Shown: one piece after another, positions 44,293-53,606 of the stretch
Numbering within the stretch: the first letter of the stretch is position 1
How the letters are laid out: each line of letters begins with the position of its first letter
DNA from: an uncultured Bacteroidota bacterium
GTDB taxonomy: Bacteria; Bacteroidota; Bacteroidia; Flavobacteriales_F; PHOS-HE28
Reading direction: 5' to 3'
Assembly (NCBI GenBank): GCA_902826215.1
Contig: CADEDY010000009.1
Span: forward strand, 52,304 to 116,303
DNA: 64,000 bases
Translations under genes and position numbers: made by a program
Notes under the pieces: generated by a model
Seen by the model: only the letters and a program-made list of their open reading frames with translations
The model's database searches: none
Told to the model about the DNA's origin: nothing

Positions 44293-46479
44293 TCACTTCC
44301 CAGCCGGATCCTCGAACACCGGTTGCGCTAACGTTGGTGTGCCACCGATGTAGCGCGAAAGCCAATTCTGAACTTCCCAATTCCAATGGATGGAGTTCTG
44401 CGGGCTGAGGATCCAGTGGTTCTCATTGGGATAGACCACCAAACGCGATGGAATGCTCATGGCTTGGAGGATTGCATAGAGGGCGGTTCCATTCACGTAA
44501 GGCACGCGATAATCGAGCTCTCCATGCAGGATGAGCATGGGCGTCTTGAAGTTCTTCGCGTAGGTCATCGGATTGTTCTTCTGCATGCCCTCAGGGTTGT
44601 CCCACGGCGTGCCGCCCAACACCTGGGTGAAGCCGAAGGGCGTAACGTCCGCGCCGTACTGGGTGATGAAATCGTTCACGCCCGCGTGGTCGATGAGGCA
44701 AGCGAAGCGATCCGTGTGGCCCTCGGCCCAAGCTGCCATGTAGCCGCCGTAACTGCCCCCGGCCGCTGCCACGCGCTTCGGATCGATGTTGGGGAAACGG
44801 GCGAGCAGGTGGTCGGTGGCGCGAAGGATATCCTCCATGGGCTTGTCGCCCCACTCGTTCAGGATGCTCTGTGAGAACGATTTGCCGAAACCGGTGGATC
44901 CGTGACGATTCACCCAAGCGACCACGTACCCAGGCGCAGCGAACACGTGCCCGTTCCAGCGGTAACTCCAACTGTCGCCCACCATCGTGTGCGGGCCACC
45001 ATGCATCAACTGCACCATCGGGTAGGTCTTCGCCGCATCGAAACCGGGAGGCAGGATCAACCAGCCTTGAACCTGATCACCCGCCGCCCCTTCGAACCAA
45101 TAGCTCTCCACTTTGCCGAGGTCCAGTTGCGCCACGAGCGCATCGTTGAAATGGGTAAGCTGTTGCACGGCACCGCTTTTCGGATCAAGCGTGAACAGTT
45201 CGTTCGGACGACTCATGTTGTCGTTGAGGAATACGATGCGTCCACCCTTTGCGTGAAGCTCGCTGCTGGTGCCTTGGGCATGCACCGAGGTGAGCCCAGT
45301 ACCATCGGCTTTCAGCTTGAATACCGGTACCACACCCTTGTCCTCGGCAGTGAACCAGAGTGACGCACCATCGGCCGAGAACTGCACACCGGAAATGGCA
45401 TGGTCGATGGACTCAGTGAGTGGCTGGTTCGTTCCCGAGGCAAGATCATGGCGCCACAATTTGCCGAAGTCGCCGTTGTAGTATGGCGTCTTCGATCGGG
45501 TGAATATGATCGAACGGCCATCCGGAGAAAAGACCGGATCGCTATCGTTACCCACGTTGTCCATGGTGATATTGCGCAAGGTGCCTGAGCCATCGGTGGG
45601 CAGCAGGTGCATATCCACGTTGAGGAACCCGGTGTATGGTGGTGGGGTGATATTGATGCACAAGGCGATCTGCTTGCCGTCGGGGGAGAGGTCGTAGTCG
45701 ACTGCACCGCTTGTTTGGAACATACGCCCCCAGCTAGGTGTGAGGTCTTTGAGGTCCTTGGTGGCGAGGTCCACACGCAGTAACCTGCTTGCCACGGTGT
45801 CGGTGATCCAATGGTCGAAGTAGCGGTACTGCCGGTCCTCGGTGACCTTGGCCGTCATCTTGGTGTCCTTCCGACGCTTATTGGCTTTCTCCATGGCAGC
45901 GATGTCCTCTTTTGTCCAGCTGCCCACGAGCGCGGGTATGCAGGTAGTGGCCACGATCACGCTCTTCCCATCGGGCAACCAGCGCGGGTTGGACATCCCG
46001 AAGGGCAGCTCAAGGATCTTCTCGGCCTCGCCACCATCGATGCGGATCACATACAAACCGGCCGCTTGATCCTCGCCGCGTTTGGATACGAAAGCGATGC
46101 GCGTTCCGTCCGGGCTCCATACCGGTGCACCATCGCTGGCTTGCGCCGTGGTCAGCTTGCGGGGCTCGCCACCGGCCGTTGGCGCCAGCCAGATATTCGA
46201 CGTGCTCTTGTTCTTATCGATGGACCATTCCTGCACCACGAAGGCCGCAGCACGGCCGTCCGGAGAGAGTTCCAGGCTGCTCAAGCGCTTCATACCCCAC
46301 AGGTCTTGTGGAGTGATGAGTCGCTTGCTTGTGGTCTGGGCGCCTAGGCCCGCCGGAAGCAAGGCCACGCCAAAAGCGGCGATCGATAGCGCCATGCTGC
46401 TAAGGCGCAGGAGTTTGCCAAGTATGCTCTGTGCCGAACCACTTCTCGAGAGCTGTGAGTCTGGTTGTCCCATGATCAT
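44293..46479 (-). CDS. S9-family serine peptidase (prolyl oligopeptidase / DPP-type) with an N-terminal TolB-like beta-propeller
   Basis: Multiple ...SPDG...W..DG repeats are present. The C-terminal alpha/beta hydrolase carries GGSYGGYMAAW (nucleophile elbow GxSxG) with later Asp/His residues. The start is uncertain: the Met at 46479 or at 46395, which gives MALSIAAFGVALLPAGLGAQ. Confidence 0.8.
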   Translation of the reverse strand: MIMGQPDSQLSRSGSAQSILGKLLRLSSMALSIAAFGVALLPAGLGAQTTSKRLITPQDLWGMKRLSSLELSPDGRAAAFVVQEWSIDKNKSTSNIWLAPTAGGEPRKLTTAQASDGAPVWSPDGTRIAFVSKRGEDQAAGLYVIRIDGGEAEKILELPFGMSNPRWLPDGKSVIVATTCIPALVGSWTKEDIAAMEKANKRRKDTKMTAKVTEDRQYRYFDHWITDTVASRLLRVDLATKDLKDLTPSWGRMFQTSGAVDYDLSPDGKQIALCINITPPPYTGFLNVDMHLLPTDGSGTLRNITMDNVGNDSDPVFSPDGRSIIFTRSKTPYYNGDFGKLWRHDLASGTNQPLTESIDHAISGVQFSADGASLWFTAEDKGVVPVFKLKADGTGLTSVHAQGTSSELHAKGGRIVFLNDNMSRPNELFTLDPKSGAVQQLTHFNDALVAQLDLGKVESYWFEGAAGDQVQGWLILPPGFDAAKTYPMVQLMHGGPHTMVGDSWSYRWNGHVFAAPGYVVAWVNRHGSTGFGKSFSQSILNEWGDKPMEDILRATDHLLARFPNIDPKRVAAAGGSYGGYMAAWAEGHTDRFACLIDHAGVNDFITQYGADVTPFGFTQVLGGTPWDNPEGMQKNNPMTYAKNFKTPMLILHGELDYRVPYVNGTALYAILQAMSIPSRLVVYPNENHWILSPQNSIHWNWEVQNWLSRYIGGTPTLAQPVFEDPAGK

Positions 46480-46757
46480 TCTTCTGTGTTCAATATCGCC
46501 CAGCGCTCTTGACACGATGCACTCGTGTCTGCGCCACCGGGTTCGCCGAAAGTAGCGTTCGCTGCAATTGGCAACTATTCTCCGCTTCATTGACTGGTTC
46601 CAGGTGGACGACCGATACCAGCTCAGATCATTCGAACCGCCCTTGTACCGGACATTCAAAAGCCTAAGCTTCGAGCATCTGCTAAAAAGCAGGTACTCGT
46701 TCGAGCGCTCAGATCGATCGAGTGTCATGCGGTCCGCCACACTTCTTCGAGGACATT

Positions 46758-46776
46758 GGTTAACTGTAGGTTAACT
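46758..46776 (+). promoter_or_regulatory. Candidate operator: direct repeat of GGTTAACT (each containing the palindrome GTTAAC) spaced 11 bp
   Basis: TTGGTTAACTGTAGGTTAACTTGG lies about 70 bp upstream of the PhyH-family gene start, in the 366 bp divergent region shared with the S9 peptidase gene. Confidence 0.3.
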
Positions 46777-46845
46777 TGGTGGCGTGAAATGGTATGGGCT
46801 TTGCCCTTCCGTGGACCTACGTACGAACACCAAGAGGAGCGCCGT

Positions 46846-47652
46846 ATGCTGATCATTGATGCGAGCACTGCGCTCGAACCGGAGCTTACCTCCCACCAAC
46901 GCGCCCTCTTCGCGCGGGATGGCGCCTTGCATTTCAAGCAATTCCTGCAGCCACGAACGGTGACGGACATCATCCTTGCCATGCACGAAGTGGAGCAGCG
47001 ATGGCTGCGCGATGGTGTGACCACAGTGCGCGGCACCCCGCTCAAATTCGGGCATGACCTGGACGGAAGTCCCATGGTGCAGCGCTTCGCCTTTGCCTCG
47101 CTGTACCACCCAATGCTCGAGGAACTGTTACGCGATCCGCGGCTGAATGCGTTGCTACAACTCGTGGGTGACGGCGCGCGCATGGGTACCGAAGAGAAAG
47201 ATGGACTGGTGATCAACCATTATTTGAACACCGAAAGCAGCGGCTTCACCGAGATGGGCTGGCACACCGATTCCATCCGCGATGTCTTCTTGGGCAAGCG
47301 CGTTGGGCCCATGTTGAACGTGGGCTTCCACTTGGATGATCAGGACCCGGCGAACGGCGGGCTGCGGTTCCTGCCCGGTACGCACCGCCAAGGATTCGGC
47401 GGTATGCTGTTCCGCAAACGCTATTTCATGGACAAGCACGCCGATCCGCGCGAGGCGGCATTTGCCATTCAAGCTGGTGACCTCACCGTTCACGATGGCC
47501 GCATGTGGCACCGCGTGCAACGCTCGGCGTTAGTAGGCGAAGCTAGTCGTCGCCGTGTGATGTACATACCGGTCATCAACGGCACCTATTCACCCAAGAC
47601 GGCCCACAGTTCTACCCCATTCTACCACCGGTTCCAGTATCTGGTGAAATGA
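46846..47652 (+). CDS. Phytanoyl-CoA dioxygenase (PhyH) family Fe(II)/2-oxoglutarate oxygenase
   Basis: GWHTDSIRD is an HxD facial-triad motif, and the distal His lies in HDGRMWHRV. The family-typical N-terminus is present. The start is the internal Met of track ORF 46756-47652. Confidence 0.7.
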   Translation: MLIIDASTALEPELTSHQRALFARDGALHFKQFLQPRTVTDIILAMHEVEQRWLRDGVTTVRGTPLKFGHDLDGSPMVQRFAFASLYHPMLEELLRDPRLNALLQLVGDGARMGTEEKDGLVINHYLNTESSGFTEMGWHTDSIRDVFLGKRVGPMLNVGFHLDDQDPANGGLRFLPGTHRQGFGGMLFRKRYFMDKHADPREAAFAIQAGDLTVHDGRMWHRVQRSALVGEASRRRVMYIPVINGTYSPKTAHSSTPFYHRFQYLVK

Positions 47653-48467
47653 GCGTATCGGACAAGGGTCTTGCCGTTGTCACAGGAGCCAGCCAAGGTT
47701 TAGGTGCAGCCATTGCACATGAACTGGCTCGCGAGGGTTTCGCCGTTTTGCTCGTAGCCCGCACAGCGCAGGCCTTGGAAGGTGTGCGCGCCAGCGTGGG
47801 CGAGCTGAATGGCGCTCGTGCGCATGTGTTGGCACTGGACCTAATGGTGCCGGATGCCGTGGATCAGGTGCGTACCACTATTCAAGCCATCGGCGTGCCT
47901 CTGACCTGCTTGGTGAACAATGCGGGCTATGGCCTCTACGGCCTTTTCGATCAACGACCGATGGAAGAGCAGTTGCGTATGATGCGACTCAATATGGATG
48001 TGCCTGTGATTCTGACACACGCCTTGCTTCCTCAACTGAAAGCCGCGAAGCGCGCGTACATCCTGAACATTTCCAGCATGACCGCTTATGGTTCCATCGC
48101 CACTTTGGCCACGTATGGTGGCAGCAAGGCATTCGTGCTGCGTTGGTCGCGGGCCTTGGGTGTTGAATTGAAAGGTACCGGTGTTACAGTGACCTGCGCC
48201 TGCCCGGGCAGCATCATCACCGGTTTCACCGAACGCGCCGGTATGCTGGTGATGGACGATCTGGCCAAGAAGTTCGGCACCGGTCCCCTTCCCGTTGCCC
48301 GCACCGCTGTGCATGCCCTGTTGAAAGGTCGCGCCGAAGTGGTGCCCGGTCTTTTGAACCGCATCACTGCCTTGCTGCAGCAGGTGCTGCCTGCCGGTCC
48401 GGTGGAACGCACCGCAAGCGGTATCTACTTGAAGCGGTTGCCTGCTCAACCGATGAAGAAGCACTAG
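47649..48467 (+). CDS. SDR-family short-chain dehydrogenase/reductase
   Basis: The NAD(P)-binding motif reads VVTGASQGLGAAIAHELAREG. A catalytic SxnYxxxK is present (ISSMTAYGSIATLATYGGSKAF). The start overlaps the PhyH stop by 4 nt. Confidence 0.85.
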   Translation: MSVSDKGLAVVTGASQGLGAAIAHELAREGFAVLLVARTAQALEGVRASVGELNGARAHVLALDLMVPDAVDQVRTTIQAIGVPLTCLVNNAGYGLYGLFDQRPMEEQLRMMRLNMDVPVILTHALLPQLKAAKRAYILNISSMTAYGSIATLATYGGSKAFVLRWSRALGVELKGTGVTVTCACPGSIITGFTERAGMLVMDDLAKKFGTGPLPVARTAVHALLKGRAEVVPGLLNRITALLQQVLPAGPVERTASGIYLKRLPAQPMKKH

Positions 48468-48571
48468 TTCTTCGGAGTTCCCTTCCCACTTCCCGCCGAA
48501 AGGATGACCTCAGCAGGAGAGCTTGGCGACGTACCATTCGAGCCATCTCGAACCGCCCCACCTGCAACGCA

Positions 48572-48604
48572 CGAAGGGGTGCAGGTCTCCCCTGCACCCC
48601 TTCG
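48572..48604. terminator. Bidirectional intrinsic-terminator-like hairpin between convergent genes
   Basis: There is a perfect 14 bp inverted repeat, CGAAGGGGTGCAGG (48572-48585), a TCTCC loop, and CCTGCACCCCTTCG (48591-48604). It lies between the 3' ends of the SDR gene and the T9SS PA-domain gene. No strong T-tract follows. Confidence 0.5.
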
Positions 48605-48624
48605 CCGTTGAAGGTTCAGATCTC

Positions 48625-50322
48625 CTACTCCAGGATCAAGCGCGCAACCGCACGTCCCTTCTCGCTCTGGATGCTGAGCAGGTACATACCGGGTGCTTCG
48701 CCGCGCAGGTCAAGCACATACTGCGCGTTGTTGGTGCGGTAGGTATCGAGCACGCGACCCGATGCATCCGTCAAGCTCATCACCGTGCTGCCATGGCCTT
48801 CAAGACCGATCCGGAAGACGCCCACACTCGGGTTCGGTGAAGCGTTGAGTTCGGTGGTGCCGTTCTCGCGGATGCCGATGGTGGACGCATCGATCATTTG
48901 GATACCCAGACTGGAAACGGCACCTCCGACAAAGCCCAGGAACCAACCGGTATCACCTTGGTGTGGATCCACGGGTTGGTCGTAGATCTCTTCGTGGGTG
49001 CTGTAGTTGATGTCTTCGTTGTGACCGAAGAAGACCCCGGTGTTCAAAGTGTTGACGCAGATCAAATAGCGCAAACCATCCTCCAACACCACGGGCTCAT
49101 CGAAGGCGACATAGGTGGTCACGAAGTTCCCGGTATCGGCAATGAAGTGTTCTTGGGAGTGGATCTGCAGCAAACTGGCGAAGGCGAAACCCGGATCGGA
49201 GACCACATCGAAGGCATCTTCCCACTGATACACATGGCTGATCATGAGTTCGTCCTCCAAGTCGCCTGGATCCTGGATGGAGGCGTAGAAGTGAATGCCA
49301 TCCACGGCGGTTCGGCTGCCGTTGTCGTTGCGGAAATGCAAGCAGGTCTCGTAGCTCGTGGACGCTGGTGAAGGCTGTATGCCGATGGTGGTGATGGGGA
49401 TACCCGTTACCGCGTCGCGAGGAACCGCGGCGTAGATGGAATCGGAGGCGAAGTTCACCGTGAAGGAGTTGTCGGGCGAGTGCTGCTCAGTACCGTCGAA
49501 CAGCGTATTGTAGGTGAGCGTGTAGTTGCCGCTCCAAGAAGCTTGATCCAGCGGTGGCAGTTCGATGAAGGCACTGTCACCCGGCTGAATGGCGAGCGGA
49601 TCGGACACTTCGCTGTAGAGCGATGTACTGCCGTTCAATACGGTAGCACTGAGCACTGCGCCGGTCTGCAGCTCGGTGCCGAAGTTGTGCACGTACGCAC
49701 CAATGCGCACACTGTACTCACCGGGGTTGGCGGCCAACCAGGTGGGCATGGACATGGAAGGTGGTAATAGGATGCCGAGCTTGTTGAAGCCGAGGTCGGC
49801 GGCATAGTATCCGTTCTTATTCCCAAGTAGCACTGTGACCGGGCCATCGGCCATGCCAGCGCGGATCAGTGCACCATCCACATCGCTGATCTGGAATACG
49901 GGTATGGTGACCTGCGGGCCGGTCGTACCACTGCCCATTTCAGCCGGTGCACCAGGCACATTGTTGATGATGAGCACTGCGATGGCTCCAGCGTTCTGGC
50001 AATTCAATGCCTTCAACGAGTAGTTGCATTCTCCACGATAGATCAAGGCCACCTTGCCGCTCACGGTGCTGGAGTTGATCACGGCTTCGCAACACAGGCT
50101 GTCCATATCGGTGGTGGCATCCACCGCAAGCGCGAGTTCACCGATCACCCGGTTCTCCACCAAGGTCATGTCCGGCGTGGCCCAGCCGGCAGGAGGATCG
50201 GGGTCAGCCCACGTGTGTGCGTAGGCACCTGCAAGATCCGTTGGTGAGAGTACGTCCATGGTCACTTGGGCGTACGTGAAGCTGCCGAGCAGCACGGCGA
50301 ATAGTGTTGTTGTTTTCCTCAT
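48625..50322 (-). CDS. T9SS type A sorting-domain protein with a PA (protease-associated) domain
   Basis: A signal peptide is present (MRKTTTLFAVLLGSFTYAQ). A PA-like segment is present (GKVALIYRGECNYSLKALNCQNAGAIAVLIINN). The C-terminal Por tail reads LNASPNPSVGVFRIGLE...GMYLLSIQSEKGRAVARLIL. The start is the internal Met of the track ORF. Confidence 0.7.
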   Translation of the reverse strand: MRKTTTLFAVLLGSFTYAQVTMDVLSPTDLAGAYAHTWADPDPPAGWATPDMTLVENRVIGELALAVDATTDMDSLCCEAVINSSTVSGKVALIYRGECNYSLKALNCQNAGAIAVLIINNVPGAPAEMGSGTTGPQVTIPVFQISDVDGALIRAGMADGPVTVLLGNKNGYYAADLGFNKLGILLPPSMSMPTWLAANPGEYSVRIGAYVHNFGTELQTGAVLSATVLNGSTSLYSEVSDPLAIQPGDSAFIELPPLDQASWSGNYTLTYNTLFDGTEQHSPDNSFTVNFASDSIYAAVPRDAVTGIPITTIGIQPSPASTSYETCLHFRNDNGSRTAVDGIHFYASIQDPGDLEDELMISHVYQWEDAFDVVSDPGFAFASLLQIHSQEHFIADTGNFVTTYVAFDEPVVLEDGLRYLICVNTLNTGVFFGHNEDINYSTHEEIYDQPVDPHQGDTGWFLGFVGGAVSSLGIQMIDASTIGIRENGTTELNASPNPSVGVFRIGLEGHGSTVMSLTDASGRVLDTYRTNNAQYVLDLRGEAPGMYLLSIQSEKGRAVARLILE

Positions 50323-50508
50323 GGGAGTTGGTCGATCGAGTTCATCTGCGAATTGACCACACACAGGGATGAACTGTGCTACCTCGGGTGATGGGCCGTT
50401 ATGGTGGTGATGGGTCGTGCGGATCTTCCGAATGGAACAGCTCATCACAGGAGGCCGAGCCTGTAACGCGATCGGATGCTGTCGCCCACTAAGAACCGTG
50501 GCACCGCT

Positions 50509-51108
50509 TCACCGACCGCCCCCCAGGAGCTTGCCCAAGGTCCGCAGGATGATATGCAGATCCTTGAAGGCGCGGCGATCGGCCACATATTGCAGGTCCA
50601 GCGCGAGTTTGGCAGGCATCACCTCTTCCACATAGGTCTTTCGTGGATCGATACTACGGCCGAGAAGTTCGTTCTCCTCCATGTATGCGATGCTCGCCAA
50701 GCTGGTGATGCCCGGCCGGACGCTGAGCACTTCGCGCTGTTCTGTGGTGTACAACTCGACGTACTCGGGGACTTCGGGTCGAGGCCCCACGAGGCTCATG
50801 TCGCCTAAGAGCACATTGATCAACTGGGGCAATTCGTCGAGTTTGCTCTTGCGAATGAAGTAGCCGATGGGTGTGATGCGCGGATCACGGCCACCCACGG
50901 TGATCTTCAGGTCGGCATCGCTGCCCGGTCGCATGCTCCGGAATTTCAACAACCGGAACGGACGCCCCTTCAAACCGATGCGCGTTTGACCGTAGAAGGC
51001 ACCACCGGGTGAAGATAGAAGTACCACCAGAGCGATGCCGAGCAGTAATGGCGAAAGAACGATCAACCCGATCGCTGCGGCGACGCTATCGAACAAACGT
51101 TTCATCAT
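50509..51108 (-). CDS. Sugar transferase (undecaprenyl-phosphate hexose/HexNAc-1-phosphate transferase, small WbaP/PglC type)
   Basis: MMKRLFDSVAAAIGLIVLSPLLLGIALVVLLSSPGGAFYGQTRIGLKGRPFRLLKFRSM...KLDELPQLINVLLGDMSLVGPRP is the canonical bacterial sugar-transferase C-terminal domain. Confidence 0.85.
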   Translation of the reverse strand: MMKRLFDSVAAAIGLIVLSPLLLGIALVVLLSSPGGAFYGQTRIGLKGRPFRLLKFRSMRPGSDADLKITVGGRDPRITPIGYFIRKSKLDELPQLINVLLGDMSLVGPRPEVPEYVELYTTEQREVLSVRPGITSLASIAYMEENELLGRSIDPRKTYVEEVMPAKLALDLQYVADRRAFKDLHIILRTLGKLLGGGR

Positions 51109-52334
51109 GCGCCCAGCACCTGGGTCACTGCGGCTTTCACAGCGCCGACCACCTCATCCACTTGGGCATCGGAGAGGTCGTAGTACACCGGCAAGCTGAT
51201 CTCGCGCGCATAATGCCGGTAGGCGTTCGGGTAGTCGTCCATCCGATACCCCTGCCCCTTGTAATAGCTGAGCAGCGGAAGTGGAATGAAGTGGACGTTG
51301 ACGCTCACCTCCCGCTCAGCGATCGCCGTGATGATGGCATCGCGCTGCTCCTCCGTGGCCTTCGCTAAGCGCAGCATGAAAAGGTGGTAGCTCGTCTCAC
51401 GGTGTTCATCCTTCAGCACCGGAAGTTCGAACCGTGCATCGTTGCTGAACGCGGCCATGTACCGCTCGCAGATGGCCTTCCGACGCGGCTCGGTCTCGCT
51501 TTCGTAGCGATCCAACTCCACCAGACCGATGGCGGCCTGCAGGTCGGTCATGTTGCATTTCCAACCGGGGAATTCGACATCGTAACGCCAGGCGCCGGGT
51601 TGGGTCTTCGCCAAGGCATCCTTGCTTTGGCCGTGCAGGCTCATGGTGTTCAAGTACTTGTACAACTCGGCCGTGTCGAAGGGTTCCGGCAGGTTGAAGG
51701 CCAGCGCACCACCCTCGGCTGTGGTGAGATTCTTCACAGCATGGAAGCTGAAGCCGGTGATATCCGCTTGCCCGCCGACGGGCTTACCCTCGATCCGTGC
51801 ACCGAAAGAATGGGCTGCATCACAAAGGACCAACGCACGCCCCAAGCGCATTTGCGGGTTGCTGCCCGCCACGCGCAGGTTGACGGCCGGTGTAAAGAGG
51901 TGGCAGGTCTCCACGGCCACACGCATGATCTCCTGCATCCGGCAGGGCAAGCCACCGATATCCACCGGAATGATGCACTTCGTGCGCGGCGTAATGGCTT
52001 TGCGCAAGGCATCGGGATCCATGGTGAAGTCGTCCAGCACATCCACCATCACGGGCTTGGCACCCACATGCATCACGATGTTCGCGGTGGCGCAATACGT
52101 GTAGGCCGGGACGATCACTTCGTCACCCGGCCCAATGCCATACCACCGCAAGACCAGCTCACAGGCATTGGTCCAGCTGTTCAGCGCGATCACCTTGTCC
52201 ACGCCACAGTATGCGGCGAGGCGCCGCTCGAACTCCTTGGTGCGTGGCCCGGTGGTGATCCAGCCGCTGCGCAAGGCTTCTTCCACGGCTTTCACCGTGA
52301 GGTCATCGATACGGGGTGGGGAGAAGGGGATCAT
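51105..52334 (-). CDS. DegT/DnrJ/EryC1/StrS-family PLP-dependent sugar aminotransferase
   Basis: MIPFSPPRIDDLTVKAVEEALRSGWITTGPRTKEFERRLAAYCG...SFHAVKNLTTAEGGALAF contains the lysine region SFHAVKN. Confidence 0.85.
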   Translation of the reverse strand: MIPFSPPRIDDLTVKAVEEALRSGWITTGPRTKEFERRLAAYCGVDKVIALNSWTNACELVLRWYGIGPGDEVIVPAYTYCATANIVMHVGAKPVMVDVLDDFTMDPDALRKAITPRTKCIIPVDIGGLPCRMQEIMRVAVETCHLFTPAVNLRVAGSNPQMRLGRALVLCDAAHSFGARIEGKPVGGQADITGFSFHAVKNLTTAEGGALAFNLPEPFDTAELYKYLNTMSLHGQSKDALAKTQPGAWRYDVEFPGWKCNMTDLQAAIGLVELDRYESETEPRRKAICERYMAAFSNDARFELPVLKDEHRETSYHLFMLRLAKATEEQRDAIITAIAEREVSVNVHFIPLPLLSYYKGQGYRMDDYPNAYRHYAREISLPVYYDLSDAQVDEVVGAVKAAVTQVLGA

Positions 52335-52349
52335 GGGTGGCGAAGTTCG

Positions 52350-53606
52350 CTACTCGGATGCGTTGCTCCCTCCTTTGGCCAGCAAGCCGAGGAAGAGCCC
52401 CACGAAGACCACGCCTGCCTGGACCTCCAAAACCGATTCGATCGCCGCGTTCATCAGGAAAAGAGCTGCAAACAGCACGAGGAGGGTTTGCTTGCGGCCG
52501 GATCCGATCCACAGCGGCACCAGCGCTACTGACAAGGCCAGCACCAGACCTATCCACCCCAGCGCTACCCCACCCTGCAAGACTTGGCTATGGCTATTGA
52601 GCCTGCGCTCTGCGGCATCATGGGCGCCTCGTGCTTCGTAGCAGGCGACAAGCGCGTGCTTAACATCGCCGGTCCCGGCACCCAGCGGATCCGCACCCAG
52701 CAGTTCGGCACTGCAGGACCAAGCTACCAACCGTTCCTCGTTCCCTTCTGAAGACGCATAAATACTGGCTTGGTCGGTCATCGCCATGCGCACGGCATCG
52801 ACCGCTGCCCCCATCCGCACCTGCACGATCGGACCGACAAACCACACTCCTAGCAACACGGCCATGGCTCCACCTGCAAGGACGCCGGTGCGTGTGCGGA
52901 CTTCCAAACGCCTCACGGAAAGGAACAAGAGGTGCGCCAACACGAGGCCCAAGCCCAGCAAGCCGCTCTTGCTCGCCAACAGCACCGTGAAGACCAGCAG
53001 CACCGGCACTGTGGCTAGGAGCACATTGCGCATCTTTCCTTGGCCACAGCGGCCCAAGATCAACTCCCGTCCCCAATACAGTATCGCCCAACAGGTGTAC
53101 CAAGCCGCGTAGCTGGGGTGCAGATCGAAGCTGAGATAGCTCTGTGTCCAACACTCCTTCCAGCCGAATTCACCGAAGCACACGGATGCCTTCCAGAGGC
53201 TGAGAATGATGGCCACCACCGAACCGGCGGTGAATGCCAGCATGCTTTTGCGCAAGGCCGCCGGGTCGCGCTGGACAAGGACTGCGGCTGCGATAGGAAG
53301 CAAGACCAGTCCCAATTTGATCTGCAGATCGAAGAGACCGAAAGCGATATCGGTGCTCCACGCCATGCCCACCACATGCCACAGGTAGAAGGCGAACAAG
53401 GGCCAGAGCATGGCACGGTCATAGCGCAAGGGCTTGCCGATCGCGGATAGCAAGACCAGCACAATGGACAGGACAAGAACCAACGGTACTGCACGACCAC
53501 TGATCGGCAGGAGGAAGCATAGCAGCAACCACGACCATTGTCCGGCTTGGGGGAGCCGGTCCCGCCATAGTTCGTTCCTCTTCGCTGCACCGTGCATCTG
53601 GATCAA
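52350..53606 (-). CDS. O-antigen ligase / Wzy-type polymerase family membrane protein
   Basis: The protein has 10-12 transmembrane helices and a central periplasmic loop, and sits inside the glycan operon. The family assignment comes from topology only. Confidence 0.5.
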   Translation of the reverse strand: MIQMHGAAKRNELWRDRLPQAGQWSWLLLCFLLPISGRAVPLVLVLSIVLVLLSAIGKPLRYDRAMLWPLFAFYLWHVVGMAWSTDIAFGLFDLQIKLGLVLLPIAAAVLVQRDPAALRKSMLAFTAGSVVAIILSLWKASVCFGEFGWKECWTQSYLSFDLHPSYAAWYTCWAILYWGRELILGRCGQGKMRNVLLATVPVLLVFTVLLASKSGLLGLGLVLAHLLFLSVRRLEVRTRTGVLAGGAMAVLLGVWFVGPIVQVRMGAAVDAVRMAMTDQASIYASSEGNEERLVAWSCSAELLGADPLGAGTGDVKHALVACYEARGAHDAAERRLNSHSQVLQGGVALGWIGLVLALSVALVPLWIGSGRKQTLLVLFAALFLMNAAIESVLEVQAGVVFVGLFLGLLAKGGSNASE

